Of a DNA stretch of 64,000 nt, positions 39,286 to 50,301 are shown piece by piece. Each line of letters begins with the position of its first letter. The stretch's first letter is position 1. The position numbers and the translations under genes are program-made. Source of the DNA: Macrostomum lignano (taxonomy: Eukaryota). The notes under the pieces were generated by a model, which did not search any database, was not told where the DNA came from, and saw only the letters and a program-made list of their open reading frames with translations. The stretch covers positions 124,001 through 188,000 of the forward strand of contig NIVC01001046.1 of NCBI GenBank assembly GCA_002269645.1, read 5' to 3'.

Positions 39286-39702
39286 AGATAATCTAGGAGT
39301 ACTACATGCAATTAAGCAGCACTAACGACTAGGCGTTCTGTTGATTATGGAGGTCAACACAGCTACAAGGGTTCATGCTTGAATGCAGTGCAAACAAAGG
39401 CTATTAAGGTGATTGTCTTACACGCCAACTCATCCTAACTGAGAGCAGCAATCCCAGTGACCCAGCCCAAGTCAAACAGTGTTTCGGAGGCAGTTGCAAT
39501 TTTTGTTGCTGTGATATTTTTAAGTAGGTGAGTCTGGCGCTCACGTGCCAGCCCGACAGTCCAAACAGAAGGCAGTCGGAGCGGAAAAACGTGCCGATTT
39601 CGGCTGCATAAATGCGTCGCCTAAAGCAGCTGGCTGAGATCAATTAACAGGAATAGTCACAGACTCTCAGCTTCATCAGTTCGCACAGCAACCGACTCAA
39701 TC

Positions 39703-39945
39703 ATGAAGTGGCAACTCGCTCTCGGACTTCTGCTCTGCACGGCCCTGGCTGCCGCCGCTCCCAGCGCGGAGCAGGCCGAGGACGCCGATGCGATGAACGC
39801 GCTGGAGGCCCTGGCCAACCTGGAGGAGTCCGACATGTCCGAGGACGGCGCCCTGCAGCCGGCCGAGAAGTGGCGCAGGAGGAGGCGCTTCCGCTGGAGG
39901 AAGGCCATCCGCGTGGCCGGCAAGGTCGCCAAGGCGGTGCTCTGA
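39703..39945 (+). CDS. Secreted prepropeptide, candidate cationic antimicrobial peptide (copy 2)
   Basis: Identical to copy 1 at protein level except I->V (AIRVAG). Confidence 0.8.
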   Translation: MKWQLALGLLLCTALAAAAPSAEQAEDADAMNALEALANLEESDMSEDGALQPAEKWRRRRRFRWRKAIRVAGKVAKAVL

Positions 39946-41020
39946 GCAGCTGAGCTCGGAGAACCCCGGCTTTGACTCTGATCTGACTGCCCAACTGCCC
40001 GAATACGCAGCACAAATACACGCTTAAGCTTAACAAGGAGCTCCTATTTATTCAAAATGAAGGCATGCCGACCTCTGCATGACCGCTCCGGACTCAACAT
40101 TATTTTGTAGCATTGAGGCTAGCTGGGAATGCAAAAGAGAAGCATCATGTTTAGGCTTGATTAGGTATGAATTTTTTTGGTGATGATTCACAAAGACTAA
40201 AAATAAAGTTTTTACTGGTGGTTTATCAGTGTACTATAAAGTTAGACAATTAAATCACAAAAGTTGTGCTCGCAGCTTACTACTGCACACAGCTCTGTTA
40301 GTAGACAGTTGGCAAAAGCTTGTGCACAATAATGGGAGAGGTGATATTAACAAATGAGTGTCGCACATTTCTAATTATTAATGATATAGGCACACCTAAT
40401 TGGCATTAAGGAAGCATGACGCATAAATTTATTAATAAATTCTAAAACCTAGCATTCAAGTAAATTTCTATCGTTCTTGCGACTGAAGCTTAAAATACAC
40501 GCAGGACACAACTGCAACACTTTATTAGATAGCAACAGACAAATTTTCGGTTACATTGTCCTGGAATAACACTGGCTGGAAACTGGAATAATATAAAAGT
40601 ACACACAATCAATCAGCTTAAACGTGCATCATTTAAACTAGCAGTAAGTGTTATTAAATGCTTCTATCCGATTTAAAATATGATTGAGCTCTTTCCCGAT
40701 GAAATCGGTACCTAGGCTAAGAAGCGTCCCAGTCACTTGCATCGTCCCAAGAGTTTTTGTCTGCGACTTTGAAACGATGCTGGGGCGACAGAGTCGCACT
40801 TTATAACAGCTACATTTAGTCTATTTGAGTTAGTGAAAAAGTTAAACGCTAACACTTTTAGACGACTTTTTGGCGACTTTTATTACGATGCTAAAACTCT
40901 ATAGTCGCTATAGTCACTAGCGACTTGTTTGCAATGACTCTTTAGCGATTCTCTATCAAAATTAACTACTACCTAGATACAAAAGTACACGATAAACTTT
41001 AATTTAACGGACATTCAGGA

Positions 41021-42626
41021 CTATCCGAGAGGTGCCTGAACAGCCCGCACAATGGACCGCTCGCAGCAGGGACAATGCGGCGGCGGGCCAGACTGTCTCC
41101 TAATAAAATTCGAGCAGATCTCGCACAGGCGGATAGCGTGAGTCTCCACTCGAGCAGCCGCCAATGCGCAGACCGTATCGTACTTGGCGGTACACACGGG
41201 CTGATTGATCCGGCAGAACTGGCACAGATCTAGCAGGCTGAATGCGGGCTCGCGGAAGCGGAGAAACAGGCAGCTGAACTGCGTTGATGCCCAGCTGATT
41301 GCGCGGACCATTCGGCGGAAGGCGTCGTCCGGGTTGGTCTCGCTTGGCACGATGCCAAACCGGCTAGCGAGAGGGCGCGGGGAGGGGCCAGGGAGTTTCT
41401 TAGAAAAAGTCACTCATGTTTGAGACAGCAGACTTTGGTATGAACCTAGTCTTTGAGAGAGAGTCATCTGCTGGGGTTCGTCTTTAGGGACGAAGTCATG
41501 GATGAGGTCATAGATGAGGTCACGGATAAGATCATAGATGATGCCACGGATAAGATCATAGATGAGGTCACGGATAAGATCATAGATGATGCCACGGATA
41601 AGATCATAGATGATGCCACGGATAAGATCATAGATGATGCCATGGATAAGATCATAGGTGAGGTCACGGATAAGATCATAGATGATGCCACGGATAAGAT
41701 CATAGATGATACCATGGATAAGATCATAGATGATGCCACGGATAAGATCATAGATGATGCCATGGATAAGATCATAGGTGAGGTCACGGATAAGATCATA
41801 GATGAGGTCACGGATAAGATCATAGATGATACCATGGATAAGATCATAGATGATGCCACGGATAAGATCATAGATGATGCCATGGATAAGATCATAGGTG
41901 AGGTCACGGATAAGATCATAGATGATGCCACGGATAAGATCATAGATGATGCCACGGATAAGATCATAGATGAGGTCACGGATAAGATCATAGATGATGT
42001 CACGGATAAGATCATAGATGAGGTCACGGATAAGATCATAGATGAGGTCACGGATAAGATCATAGATAATGTCATCACAGCCTAAGAAAGCAGTGTCGCC
42101 GCTCTCACCGGTACAGGAACAGCACATCGTCCACAGTGATGTTCTGCCTGCAGCGATGGTCGGAGTGTCGGCTGAAGTGCTCATTCAATCTGGCAGCGAA
42201 TCGCTGGGGCGTGTCGGCTAGCCAGTGCTCGGGGCCGCCAGTCAATCTCATCAGCCGATGCCAGCGCTCTAGCAGGCCAATCAAATCGTGACAGGTCAGG
42301 TCGCCGCCTCTGGCAGATTTGAAAAACTCGAACAGCAGATGAGAGTTGGGATTACTAGCGTTGCCAGGCGGTAACCAGGCTCGCCAGCCGTCTGGCCCGC
42401 GGCAAGTGGGATCGGGGAACAGCTGTCTAGTCGATTGACTGGCGCGCAAGTGGACGTAAAACTCGGCGCTAGTTGCGTCCGGCCGGCCGGACAAAAAGCT
42501 GGCCAGCTCGTCTACTAAGGTGACGCTGTCGGACACGGCGCGGGGTGAGGGCGGAACGGCTAGGGGACTAACAGGATTGCTGACGGATGAAGCTCTGCTG
42601 CTATCGCGCCCCGCCGCATATTGCAT
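41021..42626 (-). CDS. Orphan two-exon gene, ~286 aa, with a C-terminal RING-like Cys/His motif
   Basis: Exons 42626-42109 (donor CG|GTGAGA) and 41363-41021 (acceptor after a pyrimidine tract, CGCTAG|C), both phase 2. C-terminus CQFC...H..RLCEIC...CPCCERSI. Confidence 0.65.
41495..42075. repeat. 24-bp intronic minisatellite (GATGAGGTCACGGATAAGATCATA)n
   Basis: Seen directly. Confidence 0.95.
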
Positions 42627-42764
42627 AGACTAAAATCTATGGCGATGGGGTGGCGATGGGGCGCTGCTTATAATTAATGGCGCCTCCACCGTCAGCAACA
42701 TGCAATGAAACAGTGGCTAAGCATTTTAGGGGCTGCGGTCTGCGGCAGAAGCGGGATATCTAGA

Positions 42765-43205
42765 GGACTGGGAATAGGATACTAGAGGGTTGTGAGTGGG
42801 ATATCTAGATGGCTGAGAGTGGGATATCTAGAGGGTTGTGAGTGGGACATCTAGATGGCTGAGAGGGATATCTAGAGGGTTGGGAGTGGGATATCTAGAT
42901 GGCTGAGAGTGGGATATCTAGAGGGTTGTGAGTGGGATATCTAGATGGCTGAGAGTGGGATATCCAGGGGGCTGGGAGTGGGACATCTAAAGGGCTGGGA
43001 GTGGGACATCTAAAGGGCTGGGAGTGGGACATCTAGAAGGCTGGGATTGGGATATCTAGAGGGTTGGGAGTGGGATATCTAGAGGGTTGGGAGTGGGATA
43101 TCTAGAGGGTTGGGAGTGGGATATCTAGAGGGTTGGGAGTGGGATATCTAGAGGGTTGGGAGTGGGATATCTAGAGGGTTGGGAGTGGGATATCTAGAGG
43201 GCCGG
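42765..43205. repeat. 23-bp G-rich minisatellite (GGGATATCTAGAGGGTTGGGAGT)n
   Basis: Seen directly between COX19 and the RING-like gene. Confidence 0.93.
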
Positions 43206-43464
43206 GTTGTGACTTGAGCTTAAGAGGTGAAATAAAACTTGCATGAGCAGTTCGGAATCCCACAGCCACATCAATGGTGCGTACGGATAATGAAGTATGA
43301 GTTTGCAAATTCTCAAATGTAAAACTTTCGCGTCAATTTATTGCAGTGACTGCAAGGGCAAAGTACATTTGAAAACTAAGTTACTACACGAATCGATAAT
43401 AATTGCCAATGAATAGCAATTATGACATTACAAACGAGTTTAAAAATCCGAAATGCATCAAATA

Positions 43465-43734
43465 TCAATTAGATTGCTTCTGCGGCTGTTGATCAGCCTG
43501 GTGGAAGCCCAACTGTTCGAAGTCTTCCCGAAGCATTAGGCGCTTGTCCATTCTGCATTGAAAGTAGCGCTTAGACAGGTGCTTGCACTGCGCCTGGTCG
43601 CTGTTGTTCGCTTTCAGGCAGCGCATGTACTCCACCATCTCCGCCTTGCACTCGCCGTAGTGGTCGAGGGGGAACGAGCCCTTGTCTGGCGGCTTCACCT
43701 GCGACGGTTTCGGCAGATTTATAAAGGACGACAT
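43465..43734 (-). CDS. COX19: Cytochrome c oxidase assembly protein COX19 (twin CX9C)
   Basis: PPDKGSFPLDHYGEC-X9-C...C-X9-CRMDKRLM...LGF. Confidence 0.95.
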   Translation of the reverse strand: MSSFINLPKPSQVKPPDKGSFPLDHYGECKAEMVEYMRCLKANNSDQAQCKHLSKRYFQCRMDKRLMLREDFEQLGFHQADQQPQKQSN

Positions 43735-46633
43735 TGTTCCTGCAATGTGCCAATCATACAGGCTGAAATCATTATGTCAACAGATTGCATAATAAATATT
43801 AATACATTTTTAATGTTCCTAATGATATCATTTGTGAAACTGAATGACAAGGTGCCATTTTTCACATAAATGCGCAACACTTGGTCGAGCCAGCCGATTC
43901 AGCCAGCAAAAATGCCCACCCAAGATTCAAGAAATACAGTAGTAATAATTAGATGACGAGGCATTTAGACTTAATAATACTGTTATAGTTACTCCTGCCG
44001 TTTACCCAAATTTAACAAAATTTTCTTAGTTTTTTTCATAGGTAAGTCACATTTTTGGCCAAAAAGTAAGTTGCATGGCCGGTTGCGCATGTATGATTTT
44101 TCATGATGCTAGCTGGCCTCAGTCAGGATATTCGAAATCAAATAAGATTCTTCTCACATGCAAAAGTTGTAGAAGATATATATACAGATTATTCAAATTT
44201 GACAGAAGTCTTGAAATTTAAATAATTGCAAGAGTTAAATAAAATTATTGATAGCTCAAATTAAATGACAATTGAGAACAAAATTCTGAGTGTCAAATTT
44301 AAAGTTGATGACATATACAATGATATAAAACTAGACATGGAAAGCATTGGCATAGAAATTGGCCTATTTGACATATATAAAAACATTGAATAATACCTAT
44401 AAGGTATCCTCTCCTTTCCTTCTTTCTCATCAACTATTCTATCTTTGCTGTTTGTTTAAAATCATTCATGCAAAATGATTTTCCTAATATGGCCTTAGCT
44501 ACTAGTCATTTTGTATATTAACTGTTAGTAACTAGTAACTAATAGTAAACTACTAACTAATGACTAATAGCTTTTGTATATTAGCTACAAGTCAAAATTG
44601 TATACATGCATTAATTTTTTAGAATTTTAAATTTACAAGTTTTAAAAACATTGTGACTTTGATAATTATACTTTTAAAATTGTCTTTTTGGTTTATTTGG
44701 CTTACATTTAAATACAATATAGGTAAAATAATAAATTTGTTAAAATAGAAAAAAATTAATATAGTGACACAGTGAATACTTTTGCAAATGCAATAATATA
44801 TTTATATATGCTGTTTATATAAGTATTATATTATGTCATATATATACATTATAGGCTTGTATTAAGATGTTATTCTTATTACCAATAGGCCTATTACCAA
44901 ATATGTTATTGTTGAAATGACTAGTATTCTAAAGTGTCTGTGTCAATAATGTAAAATTCAAACTCAAGCACTTTTTAAACTTTCTTAGACATTCATTGAC
45001 CCCTACTATATATTTAACCAATCAAAGCAGGAAATTCTTCATTATTTAGCAGTGCTATTTAATGGTAAGAATCTTCTATAATGGTACAAAAAAGAAATTT
45101 GATAAAGAGAGCAATGGAAGAGTGGGTAGATTCTAAGGATGAAGACCTAAAAGAGATATAGGATAGTAAGTCTAGGCTATATGATAATAAAAATTCACTT
45201 GGCCTTAGCAATTCTTCTCTAGTCTCTAGACTGTTGCTATAATGTAGAAAGCAGCCTTCTTGTATTTTCTTAGTTGACATTGCAATTATTTAGGTTGACA
45301 TGACAACTTGACAATGATTTGATCCACTACATTTTGTCTGCTACCTTTTCATCTACTAATTTTAAAGTCATTTTGTCTATAAATTTGGTCATTTTAAAAG
45401 CCAAATGCCAAGGTGTACTTCATACACCAAGCGCGCAAAGAAAAAAATTTGAACAATAAAGGCGCGAAGAAATAGTGGAATTTTTTACCAGAAAAGTGCA
45501 CATAATGTCAGGTTTAAATTTAGCAATGTAAACACTAGCGCCAATACTAATTTACTAAAGCTCCCACTAAGCCAAAAATTTTTAAGGAAGTGTTGCATGC
45601 ACGCGCATTTTATTTTTTGCCTTCCGCGCAGAACTCGTTTTTTGTTTCTTTTGGGATGAATTTCCCCCGGGTGGTGGTTTCTGGCGTTTTCTATGAATAT
45701 TAACAGAAATTTGGGTCTCAGTTAAATGTCACTAGACACAACGCAAATAAAATGGTTTATCAATATACTATATAAAACTTCGAATTTATTATAGTCTTAA
45801 ACTAGCGTTATTAAGCTGACTGCAACCTAAATACCTTCAAAGCTATTTTTTAAATTCTTTTGACCGCGGCGGTTTGTTTTTCTGCTGGCAATTGTCGAGG
45901 TCCGGTACAACTCACGCAATCAAAAATGCTTATCTTAAATAAGCATTAAACTTAAAAATGTATAAATAGGTATAATAGAAGGGCTTGCACGTTGCCCATT
46001 AAATTGCCTCTGCTGAGCACACAGGGGCATAGTCTAGCTAGGGGTGGGTGGGGTCGCCTCAATCGGTTGGCAAAAGCATGTTGAACACCTTCGGGTCCAT
46101 GAAAATTGCCCGCAGACAAATTGCCCGAAGAGATTGCCTGCGAGCGAATTGCCCAAGGAGTTTTTTCCTGTCGAGGTTTGCCCGCAATGCCTTAGTAAGT
46201 CTCAATAAAGAGATTTACCCGATCAAAACGTTTTGATAGTAACTGCAGCATAGCATATCAAATTGCATATTTTCTTGTAGGTATTTTTATATATACACGC
46301 AGGGGGTTACATCGTTCGGTGAGCTATTAATCTCTTTTTTAGACATACTAAGCATTGGGGGGGCAATGCAGACAGAATCTGCCACGTGGCAAAATACGCT
46401 GCAGGAAAATACATGCATTAAAGCGAGGCAAGCCTCGGCTGAAAAATCTCGCAGTGAGCAATTTACTCGCACGGTAAATTGCACTCAAGGACCTGTATAT
46501 AGCTATATACAGTGGCTAGTGGTCCTTGCGTGCGCAAGTAACGCGGTCTTTTGTCCTACCGGGTCAGCGGCGCCCGAGTACTTGATCCGGACAGAGCCTA
46601 CTGTAGCTATGTATACATGTACATGTACATGTA

Positions 46634-46695
46634 CATAGCCTGCTGCCCTGAGCCGCTGCAGGATGTCCTGCTACTGACGCTGCAAGCACTGCGTA
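46634..46695 (+). mobile_element. ~60-bp fragment of an RTE-like element
   Basis: Reads CPEPLQDVLLLTLQ, matching the C-terminal motif of the elements at 1.7 kb and 47 kb. Confidence 0.55.
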
Positions 46696-46767
46696 TGTAT
46701 GGTAGTGTACAGGGAAGGGCGGCTTTTACTGTTACTGTACTTGGTTGACCGACTAAATGAAATGTAA

Positions 46768-49700
46768 TAATAATAATAATAATAATAATAGTTACGCCCC
46801 ACGCCAGCCACAGAAGTGGCCAAAAGGGGGGAGCGTCAAATCGCGCGTTTCAGAGCTAGGTCTCTAATGTGCTTCACACCGGCCGCCTGGCTGGGTGCTC
46901 GCGCATCTTCAAAAAGGCGGTCGACGTAGCGGGCTGATCGTCCCTGGCCACGCCTGCGCGGTCCCTGCGGGGTCCACAGCAGGACGTCCTGCAGCGGCTC
47001 TGGGCAGTAGGCTTCGGCCCGGATGACATGTCCGGCCAGCCGCAGGCGCCGCTGACTCAGCAGGGCAGAAGGCCGCGTCAGGCCTGTGCGCTTGTACAGG
47101 GACTCGGTTGTCTCGCTGCCAGGGCCGCGGCGGGCGCCGAAAGCGGCGCGGACTAGGGCCGCATGTGCCGCGTCGAGCTGCGCCTCAAGCGCCCCGGTCA
47201 GCGTCCAGGTCTCAGCATTGTACAGCAGGGCGGTCTCAACAACCGCCTGGAACAGCTGGGACCTGGCGCCGTCGGACAGGGCCTCGGAGAGCAGCACCGC
47301 CCGCACAGATCTTAAGGCAGCCCAGGCCTTGCCGCGCCGTCTCGCTAGGTCGTCGCCGAAGTCCGGCACCAGTCCGCCGAGGTAGACGAACTGAAGGCAC
47401 TTCGGGAGCGACGTCCCGGGGCCGTCGCCGTCTCGAAGTCGAATCTTGGCGGGTAGATCATGCGGGCACCGTCAGCACCTCGGTCTTCCTGGCGTTGATG
47501 ACGAGACCGACCCTCGCCGCCGCTGCAGTCAAGCCGTCCAGCAGCCGTTGGGCGCCTTCGGCCGTCGAAGACAGCAGGGCGAGGTCGTCCGCGTAGCCAA
47601 GGACAGACAGTTTCTTCTCCGGGTGCCGTCTACTGGTGCGCCTTTGCAGCAGAAAGCCGTCCTCTGATGTCGGCAGGCCGGTCCTGAGCACCCAGTCCAT
47701 CACCAGCACGAAGAGAAAGGGCGCCAGAGTGTCACCCTGTAGCACTCCGGACGTCGTGCTAAACAGGTCCGACGGTCCGTCTGGCGTCGCTACCGCGGCG
47801 GTGGTGTCCTGATACAGCGCCATGATGGCGGAGATCAGCTGCTGCGGCACGTTGTAGGCACGGAGAACGTGAGGCAGCGCGCCGCGCGCCACCGAGTCGA
47901 AGGCCTTGAGGAAGTCAACAAAGATGACGATAAGGCTTGACTGGTGGATGCGCGCCTCCTCGATGATGCGGCGGAGGGCCAGGATCTGTGTCACCGTACC
48001 GCGACGGGGGCGGAACCCGTTCTGCTCGTACCGCAGGAACGAGTCCAGCACGGGCTGTAACCGTGCTAATAGCAACGGTTGAACAGCTTCGCGGTACAGG
48101 ACATGAGCGAGATTCCACGATGCTCCTCCTTCCGTGTAGTGCCCGGCTTCTTCGGGATGCCGACGATGTTGGCCTGGGTCCACTCGTGGGGCGCGGGGCC
48201 TCCCGCCAGGACGCCGTTCATCACGCGGGCCACCTCAGTGGCAACCCTTGTGACTCGCAGCGCCTCGACGGGGACCTCGTCCGGGCCGGGGGCGCGGCCT
48301 CCCGGAGCCCTGCGGGCGAATTCCACGACGTCGGTGCTGGTCACAGGACGGGTGTCGAAGTCCTCCTGCCGCGGCAGCGCCACCTCGGGGGGCAGCGGCA
48401 TCTCGTTCGGCAGAGTCGGCGGCGGCGAAGAAGGTGCGCAGCTCGTTTCTGCGCTCTTCGGCCGTGTCGCCAGCCAGGTTGAGCGCCGTCTTCTTTTTGC
48501 GACCGGTTAGGGCGTTCACGACCGGCCAGACGACCCTATTCTGCCGTTCAGGCCCAACGGAGGCGACTGCCCTGATTGCGTCGTCAACAGCGGCTTGCTG
48601 TCGACTAGCGTAGGCGTCTGCCAGGGCTTTCTCGGCATCGGATGTCGGTCGCCTGGCTCGTCGCAGCTGCTCGACTGTGCGGCGGGCCTTTCGGACCTCC
48701 GGGTCGCTCGCCCAAACCGGAAGTTGCCGTGACGCGGGCTCCATAAGCGGCAGAGTTTTAGCAGCGGCAGTGGTGATGGCTGAGCTGATTGTGGAGTAGT
48801 CTGGCGCCTGCGCAGATCCCAGGGCAGTCGCGAAGGTGTACGCAAAGTTGCTGAGGGTACCAGGGTCTTGCAAGGCGCGGAAAAATAGTCTCCTAGGGCG
48901 TTTTGGTGGCCTGTACAGCGGGTCAGAGAGCCTCAGGTCGCAGTAGAGAAGGCGATGGTCGGACCGGACAGCCAGGGGTTCCACTGTGTCACAGTTCTGC
49001 AGCCGACTGCGTTCGCGGTGTCGAACCAGCACGTGGTCAAGCTGTGCCAGGCGGGTCGTGGCGAGTCGGCCTCGCGCATTCTGTTTCCTTCGCTTGCAGC
49101 CGGCGAATGTTGCCAGCCGGTTGGGTGGTTTGCGGAAGCGCGTGTTGGCCGACACCAGGTCGAGCCTCGCCATCAGGTCCGCTAGCGCGGCGGTGTTGGC
49201 GTTCTGGCGTGGCGACACAAACGGGCAGCGCTCGGACCGCGGTGCCACGGCGTTGAGGTCACCAAGCACCACCACAGTGTCGCGGTGCGCCACCAACTCG
49301 AGCTGCTCGGACAGGAGCTCGAAGAACTCCTGTGCCTCCTGCTGATGGGCAGCCGTGGGAGCGTACGCACAGAACAGCCGCGCATTGCAGTGGCGCAGCC
49401 TCACGTCCACGCGCAGCAGTCGGGCTGACAAGCTGACGCAGCAGACGCTCTCGCGTAGCCGTGGTCCGACGAGCGCGCCGACTCCTCCGTGGCCTCTGCT
49501 GTCCGCTGACGTGTAGTGCAGCGTCCAGCCGGCCCCCAGGTCTTCACGGTGAAGTCCAGACTCAGCAGTGATTGACAACTCCTGCAGCATGACGAGGTCT
49601 AGCCGCAGGTCAGATGCCAGCAGTGCGAGCATGCCCCTTCTCCAGGCGGACTTCAGTGTTCGGCAGTTAAAGGTGGCTAGTCTTAGAGCGCGGTTTGTAA

Positions 49701-50100
49701 AGGCTGGGGCCCGATGTTGGTGGGCCTCACGGTTCCCGGCGCCACCCGGCGGAACCGACTGGACGGGGGTCGGCGGGTCAGAGTTGCCAGCAGACTGGCG
49801 AAGGCGGCCTTTCGTTCGTCCTCGCCGGTTGCGTTCCCTTCGCCGTTCAATGCGACGTCGGGTGCTTCGCTGTCCACGCCGTCCTCCTGTCCTGCCGCAC
49901 TTAGCAGCCGCAGCACCAGGGCGCGGCTCTCCGTGTTGGCCGAGGCAAGCGCTGGGGGCTCCAGCGTCACCAGGAGGCAGCGGCATTTATTTGCACCAGG
50001 GTGCATTTCTTTAGAGGTATTTAAATTTCAAAAGTACCTTTTAAGTAAAGCATGCAATAAATTGAGTCTTCGCAGTAAGAGACCGTCTTTACGGCTTTAC
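46768..50100 (-). mobile_element. Near full-length RTE-type non-LTR retrotransposon (APE + RT in one ORF, about 3 frameshifts)
   Basis: APE motifs LATFNCRTL, LQE, VLGDLNA, LDHVL, SDH (48235-49986). RT motifs RGISL, QNGFR, VDFLKAFDSV, GVLQGDTLAP, YADD. 3' (TAT)n tail at 46766-46790. Candidate TSD GAAATGTAA at 46759-46767 and 50101-50109, so the 5' boundary is less certain. Confidence 0.92.
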
Positions 50101-50301
50101 GAAATGTAAATAAATTTTAATGCATGTCAGATTTGCTCACTTACATGTACGAGTATGTCTCGTAATGCAATTATGCTTAAAATAAAAATTCAACAGCCAA
50201 AAATTGTATTTTTCATTCAAACAATCAATAACTAATAAACGATAGTAATAGTAATATGATAGTACTGTACGTGCATGAGTGCATGTGTACTCAGTCAAGG
50301 C

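Noticed and set aside
43990-44400. Protein-like AT-rich stretch (SQDIRNQIRFFSHAKVVEDIY...)
   Set aside because: Interrupted by stops, and I recognise no family or splice structure.
49680-50100. HDV-like ribozyme at the RTE 5' end
   Set aside because: Known for RTE elements, but I could not build the nested double pseudoknot by eye. It needs an RNArobo or Infernal search.
47086-50109. Plus-strand ORFs over the RTE, and antisense ORFs over the F-box/LRR gene, PRPF19, NEK9 and the peptide genes
   Set aside because: Shadow ORFs of GC-rich coding sequence with no motifs.
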